From contig DVHN01000002.1 in the NCBI GenBank assembly GCA_018712075.1, forward strand, positions 7,222 to 71,221: a stretch of 64,000 nucleotides of DNA. Direction: 5' to 3'. Of the stretch, positions 19,451 to 28,874 are shown one piece after another (positions within the stretch are counted from its first letter, which is position 1; each line of letters starts with the position of its first letter). The translations under genes and the position numbers were made by a program. The DNA comes from Candidatus Fimimorpha faecalis. GTDB lineage: Bacteria > Bacillota > Clostridia > Lachnospirales > Lachnospiraceae. The notes beneath the pieces were generated by a model. That model was not told the origin of the DNA. It ran no database searches and was given only the letters and a program-made list of their open reading frames with translations.

Positions 19451-20869
19451 TTAGAATCGAAAATCTCTCTCTCCATTTGCAATTTTTTCTAATCGTTCGA
19501 TTACAATTTGACGCACTTTTTCTTTTGGAATATTTTTAATTTCTTTTAAGATTAATGCGTCTCCGACTGCCTTTGTTTCTGGACGAGCATAATCTTCCAA
19601 ATATTCCTTTAACGTCATTAATGCATTTGGATGACAGCAATTTTGAATCTGTCCGCTCTTACAAAGACTCATAAAACGGTCTCCTGTACGTCCTTCTCGA
19701 TAACATGCCGTACAGAAGCTTGGAATATAGCCAAGTTCCATCAACCACTTTACTACCTCATCCAACATTCTTGTATCACTTACTTCAAACTGAGAAGAAT
19801 CTTCTTCTTCTGGTTCTACATAACCACCAACACTTGTACGAGAACCTCCACTGATCTGAGATACACCTAAATGCAGTACACGCTCTCTGCATTTTTGACT
19901 TTCTCTTGTAGAAATAATCATTCCTGTATATGGAACTGCAATACGGATACATGCGACAAGTTTTGCAAAGGTATCATCATCAATACCATTATCAAACACA
20001 TCTGGATCGATATCATCGGCACGGCGAATTCGTGGTACACTAATTGTATGAGGTCCAACTCCAAACACTGCTTCTAAATGTTCTGCGTGCATTAAAAGAC
20101 CTGCAAACTCATAACGATACAATTCCAAACCAAAGAGTACTCCAATACCAACATCATCAATGCCGCCCTGCATTGCACGATCCATTGCCTCAGTGTGATA
20201 AGCATAATTATGTTTTGGTCCTGTTGGATGTAACTTCTCATAACTTTCTTTATGATAAGTTTCCTGGAATAAGATATAAGTTCCAATTCCAGCTTCTTTT
20301 AACTTGCGATAATTTTCAACCGTAGTAGCAGCGATATTCACATTTACACGGCGAATGGCCCCATTTTTGTGTTTAATGCTATAAATTGTCTTAATGGATT
20401 CCAATACATATTCAATTGGATTATTGATTGGATCTTCTCCAGTTTCCAAAGCCAATCGTTTATGTCCCATATCCTGCAATGCAATTACTTCTTGACGAAT
20501 TTCTTCCTGTGTCAGTTTTTTACGTGGAATATGTTTATTCTTTGCATGATATGGACAGTATACGCAGCCATTGACACAATAATTGGACAAATACAATGGT
20601 GCGAACATAACAATACGGTTTCCATAAAAATCCTTTTTAATCTGTTCTGCCAAAGCATAGATCTCTTCATTTTTTTCTGGAATTTGACAGGCAAGAAGAA
20701 CCGATGCTTCTCTATGCGTTAAGCCTTTGCGCAGTTTTGCCTTTTCAATTAATGAATCAATCAATGCCTCATTTGTTTTGTTCTGATCAGCATACTCTAA
20801 TGTTTCTAAAATTTCTTCATGATTAATAAATTCCTCCGCTTTGGAGGAGGCTGGATTATAAATTGCCAT
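19451..20869 (-). CDS. hydG: [FeFe]-hydrogenase maturase HydG (radical SAM tyrosine lyase)
   Basis: 472 aa. Radical-SAM motif CVNGCVYCPY and the C-terminal auxiliary-cluster motif CTACYREGRTGDRFMSLCKSGQIQNCC. Confidence 0.93.
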   Translation of the reverse strand: MAIYNPASSKAEEFINHEEILETLEYADQNKTNEALIDSLIEKAKLRKGLTHREASVLLACQIPEKNEEIYALAEQIKKDFYGNRIVMFAPLYLSNYCVNGCVYCPYHAKNKHIPRKKLTQEEIRQEVIALQDMGHKRLALETGEDPINNPIEYVLESIKTIYSIKHKNGAIRRVNVNIAATTVENYRKLKEAGIGTYILFQETYHKESYEKLHPTGPKHNYAYHTEAMDRAMQGGIDDVGIGVLFGLELYRYEFAGLLMHAEHLEAVFGVGPHTISVPRIRRADDIDPDVFDNGIDDDTFAKLVACIRIAVPYTGMIISTRESQKCRERVLHLGVSQISGGSRTSVGGYVEPEEEDSSQFEVSDTRMLDEVVKWLMELGYIPSFCTACYREGRTGDRFMSLCKSGQIQNCCHPNALMTLKEYLEDYARPETKAVGDALILKEIKNIPKEKVRQIVIERLEKIANGERDFRF

Positions 20870-20919
20870 TGTGTTCTCCTCTCTTACAGGTCAGAACGAC
20901 TTCCCTGTCAGTTATTTTT

Positions 20920-21960
20920 TTATTTATGAATAAAATCTCCACGGCTTGTCACAACTTCATAGCCTGCTTCTTTCATTGTCTGTTTTAAATGCTGAAGGCT
21001 TTCTGCTGCTTCATCTCCTGTGCAAATTTTATTATCGTACAGTAAATATTTTTCCCTTACATCAATTGGAGATAGGTTTGGCATCACAACATTGGCTCCT
21101 GCTGCCATTCCTTTTTCTCTTCCTCTCGGATGTAACGTTCCAAGTGCAGTCGTTGCAGGTAGTAAAAGGTTTGGTATCATAATCCGAAGTAATCCCAATA
21201 ACCTCAGTGTCAATGCAACACTTCCTCCCTCCATATCTGCAAACGGAGTTTGATGATGTGGAATAAATGGTCCAATTCCTACCATATGAGGCTGAAAATT
21301 TTGAATAAACATCATATCTTCCGCTAACGTATCAACCGTTTGATACGGAGATCCTACCATAAATCCACATCCTGTTTGGAACCCAATTTCTTTTAAATTC
21401 ATCAAACATTGAATTCTATTTTCTAATGTCAATTCTTCTGGATGCAATTTGCGGTAATGATTGGTATTTGCCGTTTCATGACGAAGTAAATAGCGATCCG
21501 CTCCTGCCTCAAAAAAAGCCTCATAACTTTCTTTCTTCTTCTCTCCAATGGAAAGTGTGACTGCACAATCTGGGTAAAGTGCTTTCATGGATCGTACTAG
21601 ATGAACGATTTTTTCATCGGTATAACCTGCGTCTTCTCCTCCTTGGAGCACAAAAGTACGAAATCCTAATTCATATCCAATATCACAGCAATCCAAAATC
21701 TGACTTTCCGTTAAACGATACCGTTCCAATTTTTTATTACTTCTGCGAATTCCACAATAATAGCAATCGTTCTTGCAATAATTTGTAAACTCAATCAATC
21801 CTCGAATATAAACTCTATTTCCATAATAAAATTCTCGTTCTGCTCTTGCCTTTTCAAAAATGTATTCATCTAAAGATGAATCTTCATTCCAAATTAAACG
21901 AATCCACTCTTGCTTTTCCAGCCTTCGCTCTGCCTGTAGTTTATCGACTAACTCCCTCAT
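20920..21960 (-). CDS. hydE: [FeFe]-hydrogenase maturase HydE (radical SAM)
   Basis: 346 aa with the CKNDCYYCGIRRSN motif and a BioB-like fold. It is adjacent to hydG and hydF. Confidence 0.9.
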   Translation of the reverse strand: MRELVDKLQAERRLEKQEWIRLIWNEDSSLDEYIFEKARAEREFYYGNRVYIRGLIEFTNYCKNDCYYCGIRRSNKKLERYRLTESQILDCCDIGYELGFRTFVLQGGEDAGYTDEKIVHLVRSMKALYPDCAVTLSIGEKKKESYEAFFEAGADRYLLRHETANTNHYRKLHPEELTLENRIQCLMNLKEIGFQTGCGFMVGSPYQTVDTLAEDMMFIQNFQPHMVGIGPFIPHHQTPFADMEGGSVALTLRLLGLLRIMIPNLLLPATTALGTLHPRGREKGMAAGANVVMPNLSPIDVREKYLLYDNKICTGDEAAESLQHLKQTMKEAGYEVVTSRGDFIHK

Positions 21961-21996
21961 TTCCTTCCTCCTAATGCTGCGCTGCTCACAACATAA

Positions 21997-22242
21997 CTAT
22001 AATTTTGAGTAAATCACTTTAGAACTTACACCAGGTAACCGTCCTAACTTCCCAGCCAATGCACTAATGACATCTGCTGGCGCATCAATCGCAATACTAA
22101 TAATATTCACTTGGCGCTTTGGATACGGAATACCCATTCTCCCTATAATATACTGACCATACTGATGTAGAATTTCATTAAACTGTTGAATAGACTGTTC
22201 ATTTTCTATTACAATTCCGATTAACGCCACCCTTGTATCCAT
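21997..22242 (-). CDS. TM1266-family putative iron-only hydrogenase system regulator (ACT/NikR-C-like, 81 aa)
   Basis: The size and sequence pattern (VALIGIVIEN...INEILHQYGQYIIGRMGIPY...ISIAIDAP...ISALAGKLGRLPGV) match the small protein usually encoded beside hydE/G/F. Confidence 0.75.
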   Translation of the reverse strand: MDTRVALIGIVIENEQSIQQFNEILHQYGQYIIGRMGIPYPKRQVNIISIAIDAPADVISALAGKLGRLPGVSSKVIYSKL

Positions 22243-22262
22243 AATTATTTCCCTTATTCCTT

Positions 22263-23324
22263 CTAATTTTCCAATGCCAACAACGCTCCTGCAATCATTT
22301 CATATCTCATCGAAAACGGAAGCGCTGGATTCGATGCATAGGCAGAACTAGCTGGTTTTGCAATTTTCTCTGCGCTTTCTCTCAAATTTCCTATTCCAAG
22401 ATCAGAAAGACAGACTGGAAGATTTAATGAACATAGAAAATTCTTCATCGTTTGAAATTCCTCTAAATTGCTGCCACTCATTATCATCTGTGCCAAAATT
22501 CCAATCGAAACACATTCCCCATGCAGCAAATCCAGTTCTTTTAAATGTGTCATTCCCTTTGCAATAGAATGCGCTGCCGCAAGTCCGCCATTTTCAAATC
22601 CAATTCCACTTAAATAAATATTTGCTTCAATAACCTTTTCTACCTCTTCACTGCATATATGATTTTTCACATCTTCCAATGCTTTTTGTCCATATGCAAG
22701 AATACTATTATAACTCTCTTTCGAAACTGCCATAACAGTAGCCGAAATTGTACCTTTCTTTATTCTTCCCTCTAGTTCTGACTGAAACAGAATTTTATTT
22801 TCCAAATAAGTGGCAATGGCATCTGCCATACCAGCTGCTAAATAACGAGGTGATGCTGCTGTAATCATTTCCGAATCTACAAGCACCATATCTGGGCAGT
22901 TTCCCAATCTTAACCGTTTATCAAAATGTCCGTTTTTAAATAATCCTGCAATGGAACTGCACGGTGCGTTAGAAGATGCAACAGTTGGAACAATTACGAC
23001 AGGTACGTCTGCATAATGTGCTGCTGCTTTTGCCAAATCTAATGCATCATTTTCTCCAATTCCTAAAATTGCTTCACATTCTGCTTCCATACAGTCATTG
23101 GCATACTGCATCGCTAACGCCTCCGTACATCTTCCTTCAAATACAACGTTTTTCCATTCAATTTCTGCTGCCTCTAAACTTCTTTTTATTTCACTGCCAA
23201 TCTGATCTGAAATTTTCTTCTCACAAATAACAAAAAATTTTTCGCTCACTGGGTAAACATATTCTCCAATTTGTTCAAGTAATCCCTTTTCCTGACGATA
23301 GACTCGTGGTGCTTTTATTCTCAT
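22263..23324 (-). CDS. Iron-containing (group III) alcohol/glycerol dehydrogenase family protein
   Basis: GldA-like metal-binding blocks (GGLAAAHSIAKGMTHL, LHGECVSIG). I moved the start to the ATG at 23324, which has the SD GGAGG. The ORF-track start at 23336 is a TTG lying inside that SD. Confidence 0.8.
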   Translation of the reverse strand: MRIKAPRVYRQEKGLLEQIGEYVYPVSEKFFVICEKKISDQIGSEIKRSLEAAEIEWKNVVFEGRCTEALAMQYANDCMEAECEAILGIGENDALDLAKAAAHYADVPVVIVPTVASSNAPCSSIAGLFKNGHFDKRLRLGNCPDMVLVDSEMITAASPRYLAAGMADAIATYLENKILFQSELEGRIKKGTISATVMAVSKESYNSILAYGQKALEDVKNHICSEEVEKVIEANIYLSGIGFENGGLAAAHSIAKGMTHLKELDLLHGECVSIGILAQMIMSGSNLEEFQTMKNFLCSLNLPVCLSDLGIGNLRESAEKIAKPASSAYASNPALPFSMRYEMIAGALLALEN

Positions 23325-23480
23325 AAAACCCTCCAATTATATTTTTGTTTCTAACTAATTTTACTTTTCAACACCTTACTTTGATTTTATCATACCATCT
23401 ATTTCAATTTTTTCAATGAAATCTTAATAAAATTTTGGATTTTTTCGCTTAATTAGAAATTCTATTATCTGTCACGATAA

Positions 23481-23511
23481 GAGAAAAGGTGCTGAATCAG
23501 CACCTTTTCTC
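23481..23511 (-). terminator. Intrinsic terminator after yajC (symmetric, could act in both directions)
   Basis: GAGAAAAGGTGCTGA-A-TCAGCACCTTTTCTC, a perfect long stem with A/T runs on both sides, directly abutting the yajC stop codon. Confidence 0.8.
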
Positions 23512-23823
23512 CTATTCTTCTTCTGCACCTGGCTTTTCTACCTGTACAATTGCCTTCTTTTGCATTGGAATACGGCAATTTTTATTGTTGCCAAATTCAA
23601 CAATAACCGTATCTTCTGTAATATCGATTACTGTTCCATAGAAACCTGAAGATGTTAAAACAATATCATTTACCTCCAGAGAATTTAACAAATTTTGATG
23701 CTCTTTTTCCTGTTTCTTTTGAGGACGAATTGTCATAAAATACATAATTACTCCAAAAACTACAACCCATCCTACAATCAAAAGCAGACTAGGTGCACCT
23801 GCTGTACCTGTTGCTGTTAACAT
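23512..23823 (-). CDS. yajC: Preprotein translocase subunit YajC
   Basis: MLTATGTAGAPSLLLIVGWVVVFGVIMYFMTIRPQKKQEKEH... shows the typical single-TM YajC pattern. I set the start at the ATG at 23823, 1 nt after the tgt stop, because the longer ORF-track start would overlap tgt. Confidence 0.88.
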   Translation of the reverse strand: MLTATGTAGAPSLLLIVGWVVVFGVIMYFMTIRPQKKQEKEHQNLLNSLEVNDIVLTSSGFYGTVIDITEDTVIVEFGNNKNCRIPMQKKAIVQVEKPGAEEE

Positions 23824-23824
23824 A

Positions 23825-24973
23825 TTATTTTCCTCCTGTTTCTCCTGCTGCCATCGAAGCAAGCATATTATGTTTATACTCTTTATAACAATGTTTGTCA
23901 ATGGCTTCTCGAATTTCAGTCATTAAATTATTATAAAAATATAAATTATGAAGCACACAAAGACGCATTCCTAACATTTCTTTTGCTTTCAGTAAATGCC
24001 GAATATAGGCTCTGCTATAACTGCGGCATGCAGGACAATTACATCCTTCCTCAATTGGACGTTCATCCAATTCATACTTTGCGTTAAATAGATTTCGCTT
24101 TCCATGTTTTGTATATACATGTCCATGTCTTCCATTTCTAGATGGGTAAACACAATCAAAGAAATCTACGCCTCGATCGACTGCTTCCAAAATATTGGCT
24201 GGAGTTCCAACTCCCATCAAATAAGTTGGCTTGTTTTGCGGCAAAAATGGAACGACTGCATCTAAAATTCGATACATTTCCTCATGTGTCTCTCCAACTG
24301 CCAACCCTCCAATTGCATATCCGTCCAAATCCATATCGGTAATTCGTTTTGCATGTTCAATACGAATATCTTCAAAAATTGCTCCTTGATTAATTCCAAA
24401 CAATAATTGTTCTTTATTAATTGTATCATCCAACTGATTCAGGCGCTGCATTTCTTCTTTACAGCGTTTTAACCAACGAGCAGTACGATCTACACTTGCT
24501 TGAATATAAGAGCGTTCCGCTACCGAAGATGGGCATTCATCAAATGCCATTGCAATCGTAGAAGCTAAGTTAGACTGAATTTGCATACTTTCCTCTGGTC
24601 CCATAAAAATCTTTCTTCCATCAATATGAGAATTAAAATAAACTCCCTCTTCTTTGATTTTTCTAAGACCAGTTAAAGAAAATACTTGAAAGCCTCCTGA
24701 ATCGGTTAAAATTGGTCTGTCCCAGTTCATAAAACGATGAAGACCGCCAAGTTGCCGAATAATCTTATCACCTGGACGCACATGCAAATGATACGTATTG
24801 GATAATTCCACTTGCGTACCAATTTCTTTTAAATCCATTGTAGAAACAGCTCCTTTAATCGCCGCAACTGTTCCTACATTCATAAATACAGGGGTTTGAA
24901 TGGTGCCATGTACGGTTTCATACTCCGCACGTTTTGCCCTGCCATCCGTTGTTAAAATCGTATATTTTGCCAT
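23825..24973 (-). CDS. tgt: Queuine tRNA-ribosyltransferase
   Basis: 382 aa with TPVFMNVGT, DSGGFQ, and the zinc site CNCPACRSYSRAYIRHL. The start ATG shares one nucleotide with the secDF stop (TAATG). Confidence 0.96.
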   Translation of the reverse strand: MAKYTILTTDGRAKRAEYETVHGTIQTPVFMNVGTVAAIKGAVSTMDLKEIGTQVELSNTYHLHVRPGDKIIRQLGGLHRFMNWDRPILTDSGGFQVFSLTGLRKIKEEGVYFNSHIDGRKIFMGPEESMQIQSNLASTIAMAFDECPSSVAERSYIQASVDRTARWLKRCKEEMQRLNQLDDTINKEQLLFGINQGAIFEDIRIEHAKRITDMDLDGYAIGGLAVGETHEEMYRILDAVVPFLPQNKPTYLMGVGTPANILEAVDRGVDFFDCVYPSRNGRHGHVYTKHGKRNLFNAKYELDERPIEEGCNCPACRSYSRAYIRHLLKAKEMLGMRLCVLHNLYFYNNLMTEIREAIDKHCYKEYKHNMLASMAAGETGGK

Positions 24974-27141
24974 TATTTTTTACTCTTTTTTCCAAATTTC
25001 GTTGTGAAAACATACCAAAATGCACTTGCCAGACAAACAGAGGAGTATGTACCTGCCGTAATACCTACAATCAATGGCAATGCAAATTCTCGAATGGATG
25101 TTACACCAAGAATAAATAATACAATTACCATTATCACAGTAGTAAGAGAGGTATTAATACTTCTGGATAAAGTCTGACTAATGGAGACATTAACAATCTT
25201 CTCCAAAGGTTCTTTTTTCATTGCTTTTAAGTTTTCTCGGATACGGTCGAAAATAACAATCGTTGCATTAATCGAATATCCGACAATCGTAAGCATACAT
25301 GCAATAAATGTATTGCCCACAGACCAGCGAAATATTGCATAACATGCTAATACAACAAGTACATCGTGCATCAATGCCAAAACGGATGCTGATGCCAGAC
25401 GAATATCTTTGAATCGGAACCAGATATATAATAACATAAATACTGCTGCAATCAATACTGCTTTAATTGCAGAAGATTTCATTTCATTACTAACCGTTGC
25501 ACTAATATTTTCATTTGTAATTAACGTTTTATCTACACCAAATTTTTCTTCCAATGTATCATATAACGCTGTTCTCTGCTCCAATGTCAATTCTGGAGTT
25601 TTAAATATAACCTCATTGCTATCCTGCACTGGAGAGACTTGAATATCATTGCTTCCGATTACTTCTGCAATAACTGGATTGACTTCCTTCTCCAGACGAG
25701 ATGCATCGTAGTTTTCATTAAATGTTACGCTTGTGGATGTACCACCTTTAAAATCTTGGCTGTATGCAAGTGCGTCTCCATTGAATCCATGGTAAATCAT
25801 TGTTCCAATTCCAGCTAAAATAACAATTGCGGATAAGCAGAAGCAAAGATTCTTCTTTCCAAGGAAATTAATTACTTTAACATTTACCGTCTTTCCATAG
25901 AATTTCTCATGCTGAATTCCCAATGCATAGAACGATTTTAAAATTAACCTTGTTACGAACAAAGCAGTAATCATAGATAAGACGATACCAAGCGCCAATG
26001 TCTGAGCAAATCCTCTTACTGTACCAGAACCTAAAATATAAAGAACGGCTGCTGCAATTAATGTCGTAACATTACCATCAATAATTGCAGACAACGCCTT
26101 GGAAAATCCAGTATCAATCGCTGTTGCAACACTTCTTCCTTTTCCAATTTCCTCTCGCATACGGGCAAAAATAATAACATTCGCATCAACCGCCATACCG
26201 ATGCCAAGTATAATACCTGCAATTCCAGGCAGTGTCAAAGTAATTTCCTCTCGGAACGCACTCAACAATACTACAATTGTACCAGTATATAAAAGTAATG
26301 CCAAAGATGCAGCCAATCCTGGAATTCGATACACCACAATCATAAATACAAATACAATGGCTAAACCAATTGCACCAGCCAGTAAACTTGTCTGAACTGC
26401 TTCTTCTCCTAATTTTGCACCTACGACATTGGAGCGAAGTTCTTTTAATTCAACTGGAAGCGCACCAATACGAATCGTAGAAGCCAAGTCTTCTGCTGCC
26501 TCTAAACTTTCCATTCCGTCAATCGAACAAGTATCTCCTGTAATATGGCTTTTCACACTCGGTGCACTAATTACTTCTCCATCATAGATAATATAAATAG
26601 GAGCATTTGTTTCTACGAGTTTTGCCGTTGCCTCTGAAAAGGCTTGCTGTCCTTCTGCCGTCATTGTCAACTGTACAATATACTCTGCCGTTCCTGCCGT
26701 TGCTTCTCTTGAACCAGCCTGTGCACTTTCTATCTGGTTTCCATCCATTACCTTTGTGCCTTCTGGATCATTCATATCAGTACAAAAGATCAAAGAACCA
26801 GGCTTTCCAAGCTCTTCTAAAATTGCATTGGCATCCGTTGCTCCTGGAATATCAATCGTAATTCGATCTGCTCCTTCTCGATACACTTGAGCTTCTGTCG
26901 ATTTACTCTCCACACGTTTTTGCATTTTATTTCGTGTATCTTCCATATCCTGATCCGATGGAGTCTCTTCTCCAACTGCCTGATATGTAATACTAACACC
27001 ACCTCTTAAATCTAAGCCGAGGTTTACATCGTACACACTTCCAGACTGATCGCTTCCTAAACCAAACACTGCCGTATAAGCCATGAAAGCCATTACAAGC
27101 AATACTGCAATCAGACGAATTACTGCACTTCTTTTCTTCAT
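24973..27141 (-). CDS. secDF: Protein translocase subunit SecDF (fused)
   Basis: 722 aa. SecD-type periplasmic domain and TM bundle (LDLRGGVS..., GIGMAVDANVIIFARMREE) followed by a SecF-type half (GYSINATIVIFDRIREN). Confidence 0.93.
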   Translation of the reverse strand: MKKRSAVIRLIAVLLVMAFMAYTAVFGLGSDQSGSVYDVNLGLDLRGGVSITYQAVGEETPSDQDMEDTRNKMQKRVESKSTEAQVYREGADRITIDIPGATDANAILEELGKPGSLIFCTDMNDPEGTKVMDGNQIESAQAGSREATAGTAEYIVQLTMTAEGQQAFSEATAKLVETNAPIYIIYDGEVISAPSVKSHITGDTCSIDGMESLEAAEDLASTIRIGALPVELKELRSNVVGAKLGEEAVQTSLLAGAIGLAIVFVFMIVVYRIPGLAASLALLLYTGTIVVLLSAFREEITLTLPGIAGIILGIGMAVDANVIIFARMREEIGKGRSVATAIDTGFSKALSAIIDGNVTTLIAAAVLYILGSGTVRGFAQTLALGIVLSMITALFVTRLILKSFYALGIQHEKFYGKTVNVKVINFLGKKNLCFCLSAIVILAGIGTMIYHGFNGDALAYSQDFKGGTSTSVTFNENYDASRLEKEVNPVIAEVIGSNDIQVSPVQDSNEVIFKTPELTLEQRTALYDTLEEKFGVDKTLITNENISATVSNEMKSSAIKAVLIAAVFMLLYIWFRFKDIRLASASVLALMHDVLVVLACYAIFRWSVGNTFIACMLTIVGYSINATIVIFDRIRENLKAMKKEPLEKIVNVSISQTLSRSINTSLTTVIMVIVLFILGVTSIREFALPLIVGITAGTYSSVCLASAFWYVFTTKFGKKSKK

Positions 27142-27161
27142 TGCACTCTTCTCCTTGTTTC

Positions 27162-28565
27162 TTAGTTTTGCTCATCTGCGAGAGCTGCTTTAATCATAAT
27201 CGCACATTCAATGCGTTTTTTCTGCATTTCGCATCCAATCTCATATGCATCGGTAATAGAACCATGAAATTGATAAGAATTCGCAGCACATCCACCACTG
27301 CAATAAAACTTAGCAAAACAGTTTTGACATTTTTCCTTTGCATAGACATTACATAATTTAAACTCATTTCGACATGCTTCATTGACAATTCCATCATCCA
27401 CATTTCCGAGTAAAAACTCTTCTCGTCCAACGAACTGATGACATGGATACAGATCTCCCCATGGTGTTACTGCTAAATATTCGGTTCCAGACCCACAACC
27501 AGATAAACGTTTTGCAACACATGGTCCCTGCTCTAAATCAATCATAAAATGGAAGAAATTAAATCCTCGTCCTTCTTTCTTCCGTTTGATATATTCAACT
27601 GCCAGCTTATCATATTCCTCCATGATTACTGGAAGATCTTCCTCACGAATTGCATAAGGCTCTTCTGGTAATCCCACTACTGGTTCAATCGACATCTGTT
27701 TAAATCCCAAATCTGCAAAATGGATCACATCTTTGGAAAAATCCAAATTTTCTCTCGTAAATGTACCACGGACATAATAATTCGTCTGATTTCGACTTTC
27801 TGCAAATTTCTGGAATTTTGGAACAATTAGATCGTAACTTCCTTTTCCATTGCGGAATGGCCGCATTTTATCATTTACTTCTTTTCTTCCATCCAGGCTA
27901 AGTACAACATTGCTCATCTCTTTGTTACAAAATTCCATAACTTCATCATTCAGCAATACACCATTCGTTGTTAACGTAAAGCGAAACTTCTTATTATGAA
28001 TTTTTTCCTGAGAACGTCCATATTCCACAAGACGTTTTACGACATCCCAATTCATCAAAGGCTCTCCGCCAAAGAAGTCCACTTCCAAATTAATGCGGTT
28101 CCCCGAATTGGCAATTAAGAAATCCAATGCTTTTTTCCCAACTTCAAAGCTCATCAAAGCCCTTCTGCCATGATATTCTCCTTCTTCTGCAAAGCAATAT
28201 TTACATGCTAAATTACAATCATGTGCAATATGCAAACAGAGTGCCTTTACTACTGTTTTTCTCTGTTTAAAGTCAGTAATATAATTTCTGTAAATATCTG
28301 GAGTAAACAATAACTCCTCTTCTTTTAACGTATTTACTTCCTCCCAAGCTTCCTCAATTTCTTGTTTGGAATAACATTCTTCTAATTTTGTTACAATTTC
28401 TTGTTTTGTATTCGTTTCAAATAATGGAACGATATCATACACTACATCATCTACTACATGGACAGAGCCAGAATTGACATCTAATATAATATTATATCCA
28501 TTATTCTTATATTGATGAATCAATTTCATTCTCCCTTCTCGATTATGATGTGCATTACACATCAC
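27162..28565 (-). CDS. scfB: SCIFF radical-SAM/SPASM thioether-forming maturase
   Basis: Radical-SAM motif CNLACKYCF and a C-terminal SPASM Cys-rich region (CGSGTEYLAVTPWGDLYPCH..., CQNCFAKFYCSGGCAA). It lies directly downstream of a SCIFF precursor. The start is ambiguous: GTG 28565, ATG 28562, or an internal ATG at 28529 giving MKLIHQYKNNGYNI. Confidence 0.88.
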   Translation of the reverse strand: MMCNAHHNREGRMKLIHQYKNNGYNIILDVNSGSVHVVDDVVYDIVPLFETNTKQEIVTKLEECYSKQEIEEAWEEVNTLKEEELLFTPDIYRNYITDFKQRKTVVKALCLHIAHDCNLACKYCFAEEGEYHGRRALMSFEVGKKALDFLIANSGNRINLEVDFFGGEPLMNWDVVKRLVEYGRSQEKIHNKKFRFTLTTNGVLLNDEVMEFCNKEMSNVVLSLDGRKEVNDKMRPFRNGKGSYDLIVPKFQKFAESRNQTNYYVRGTFTRENLDFSKDVIHFADLGFKQMSIEPVVGLPEEPYAIREEDLPVIMEEYDKLAVEYIKRKKEGRGFNFFHFMIDLEQGPCVAKRLSGCGSGTEYLAVTPWGDLYPCHQFVGREEFLLGNVDDGIVNEACRNEFKLCNVYAKEKCQNCFAKFYCSGGCAANSYQFHGSITDAYEIGCEMQKKRIECAIMIKAALADEQN

Positions 28566-28620
28566 CTATTAACTTCTCCCAATAATAGGAAAATTTTTGC
28601 ACTCCATAGCGCATTGAAAG

Positions 28621-28640
28621 CCGAGGAGAAATCCCCTCGG
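28621..28640 (-). terminator. Hairpin between SCIFF precursor and maturase (candidate attenuator / partial terminator)
   Basis: CCGAGG-AGAAATCC-CCTCGG, 13 nt after the scfA stop. Only a weak U-tract follows on the minus strand. Confidence 0.5.
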
Positions 28641-28653
28641 CTCCTGCTCAAAA

Positions 28654-28797
28654 TTATCGATTATTTTCACAGCTCTGATTTCCTACTGTACAGGAAGTCT
28701 TACAAGCGGATTGGCAGGATGTCTGACATTCTCCACATCCGCCCTTTTTCATTGTATTTTTCAGAGTTTTTGTCGTTAAAGTCTTTACTCTCTTCAT
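28654..28797 (-). CDS. scfA: SCIFF (six-cysteines-in-forty-five) ribosomal peptide precursor, 47 aa
   Basis: Hand translation gives MKRVKTLTTKTLKNTMKKGGCGECQTSCQSACKTSCTVGNQSCENNR. It has six Cys in the C-terminal half and the conserved GGCGECQTSCQSACKTSC core. SD AGGAGG lies 8 nt upstream. It is below the ORF-track length cutoff. Confidence 0.92.
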   Translation of the reverse strand: MKRVKTLTTKTLKNTMKKGGCGECQTSCQSACKTSCTVGNQSCENNR

Positions 28798-28874
28798 GAA
28801 TCATTCCTCCTATTTACTTATTCTCACTTGAGCTATCATAACATAAAATAAACAAAAAGAAAAGTGCTTTTCTT

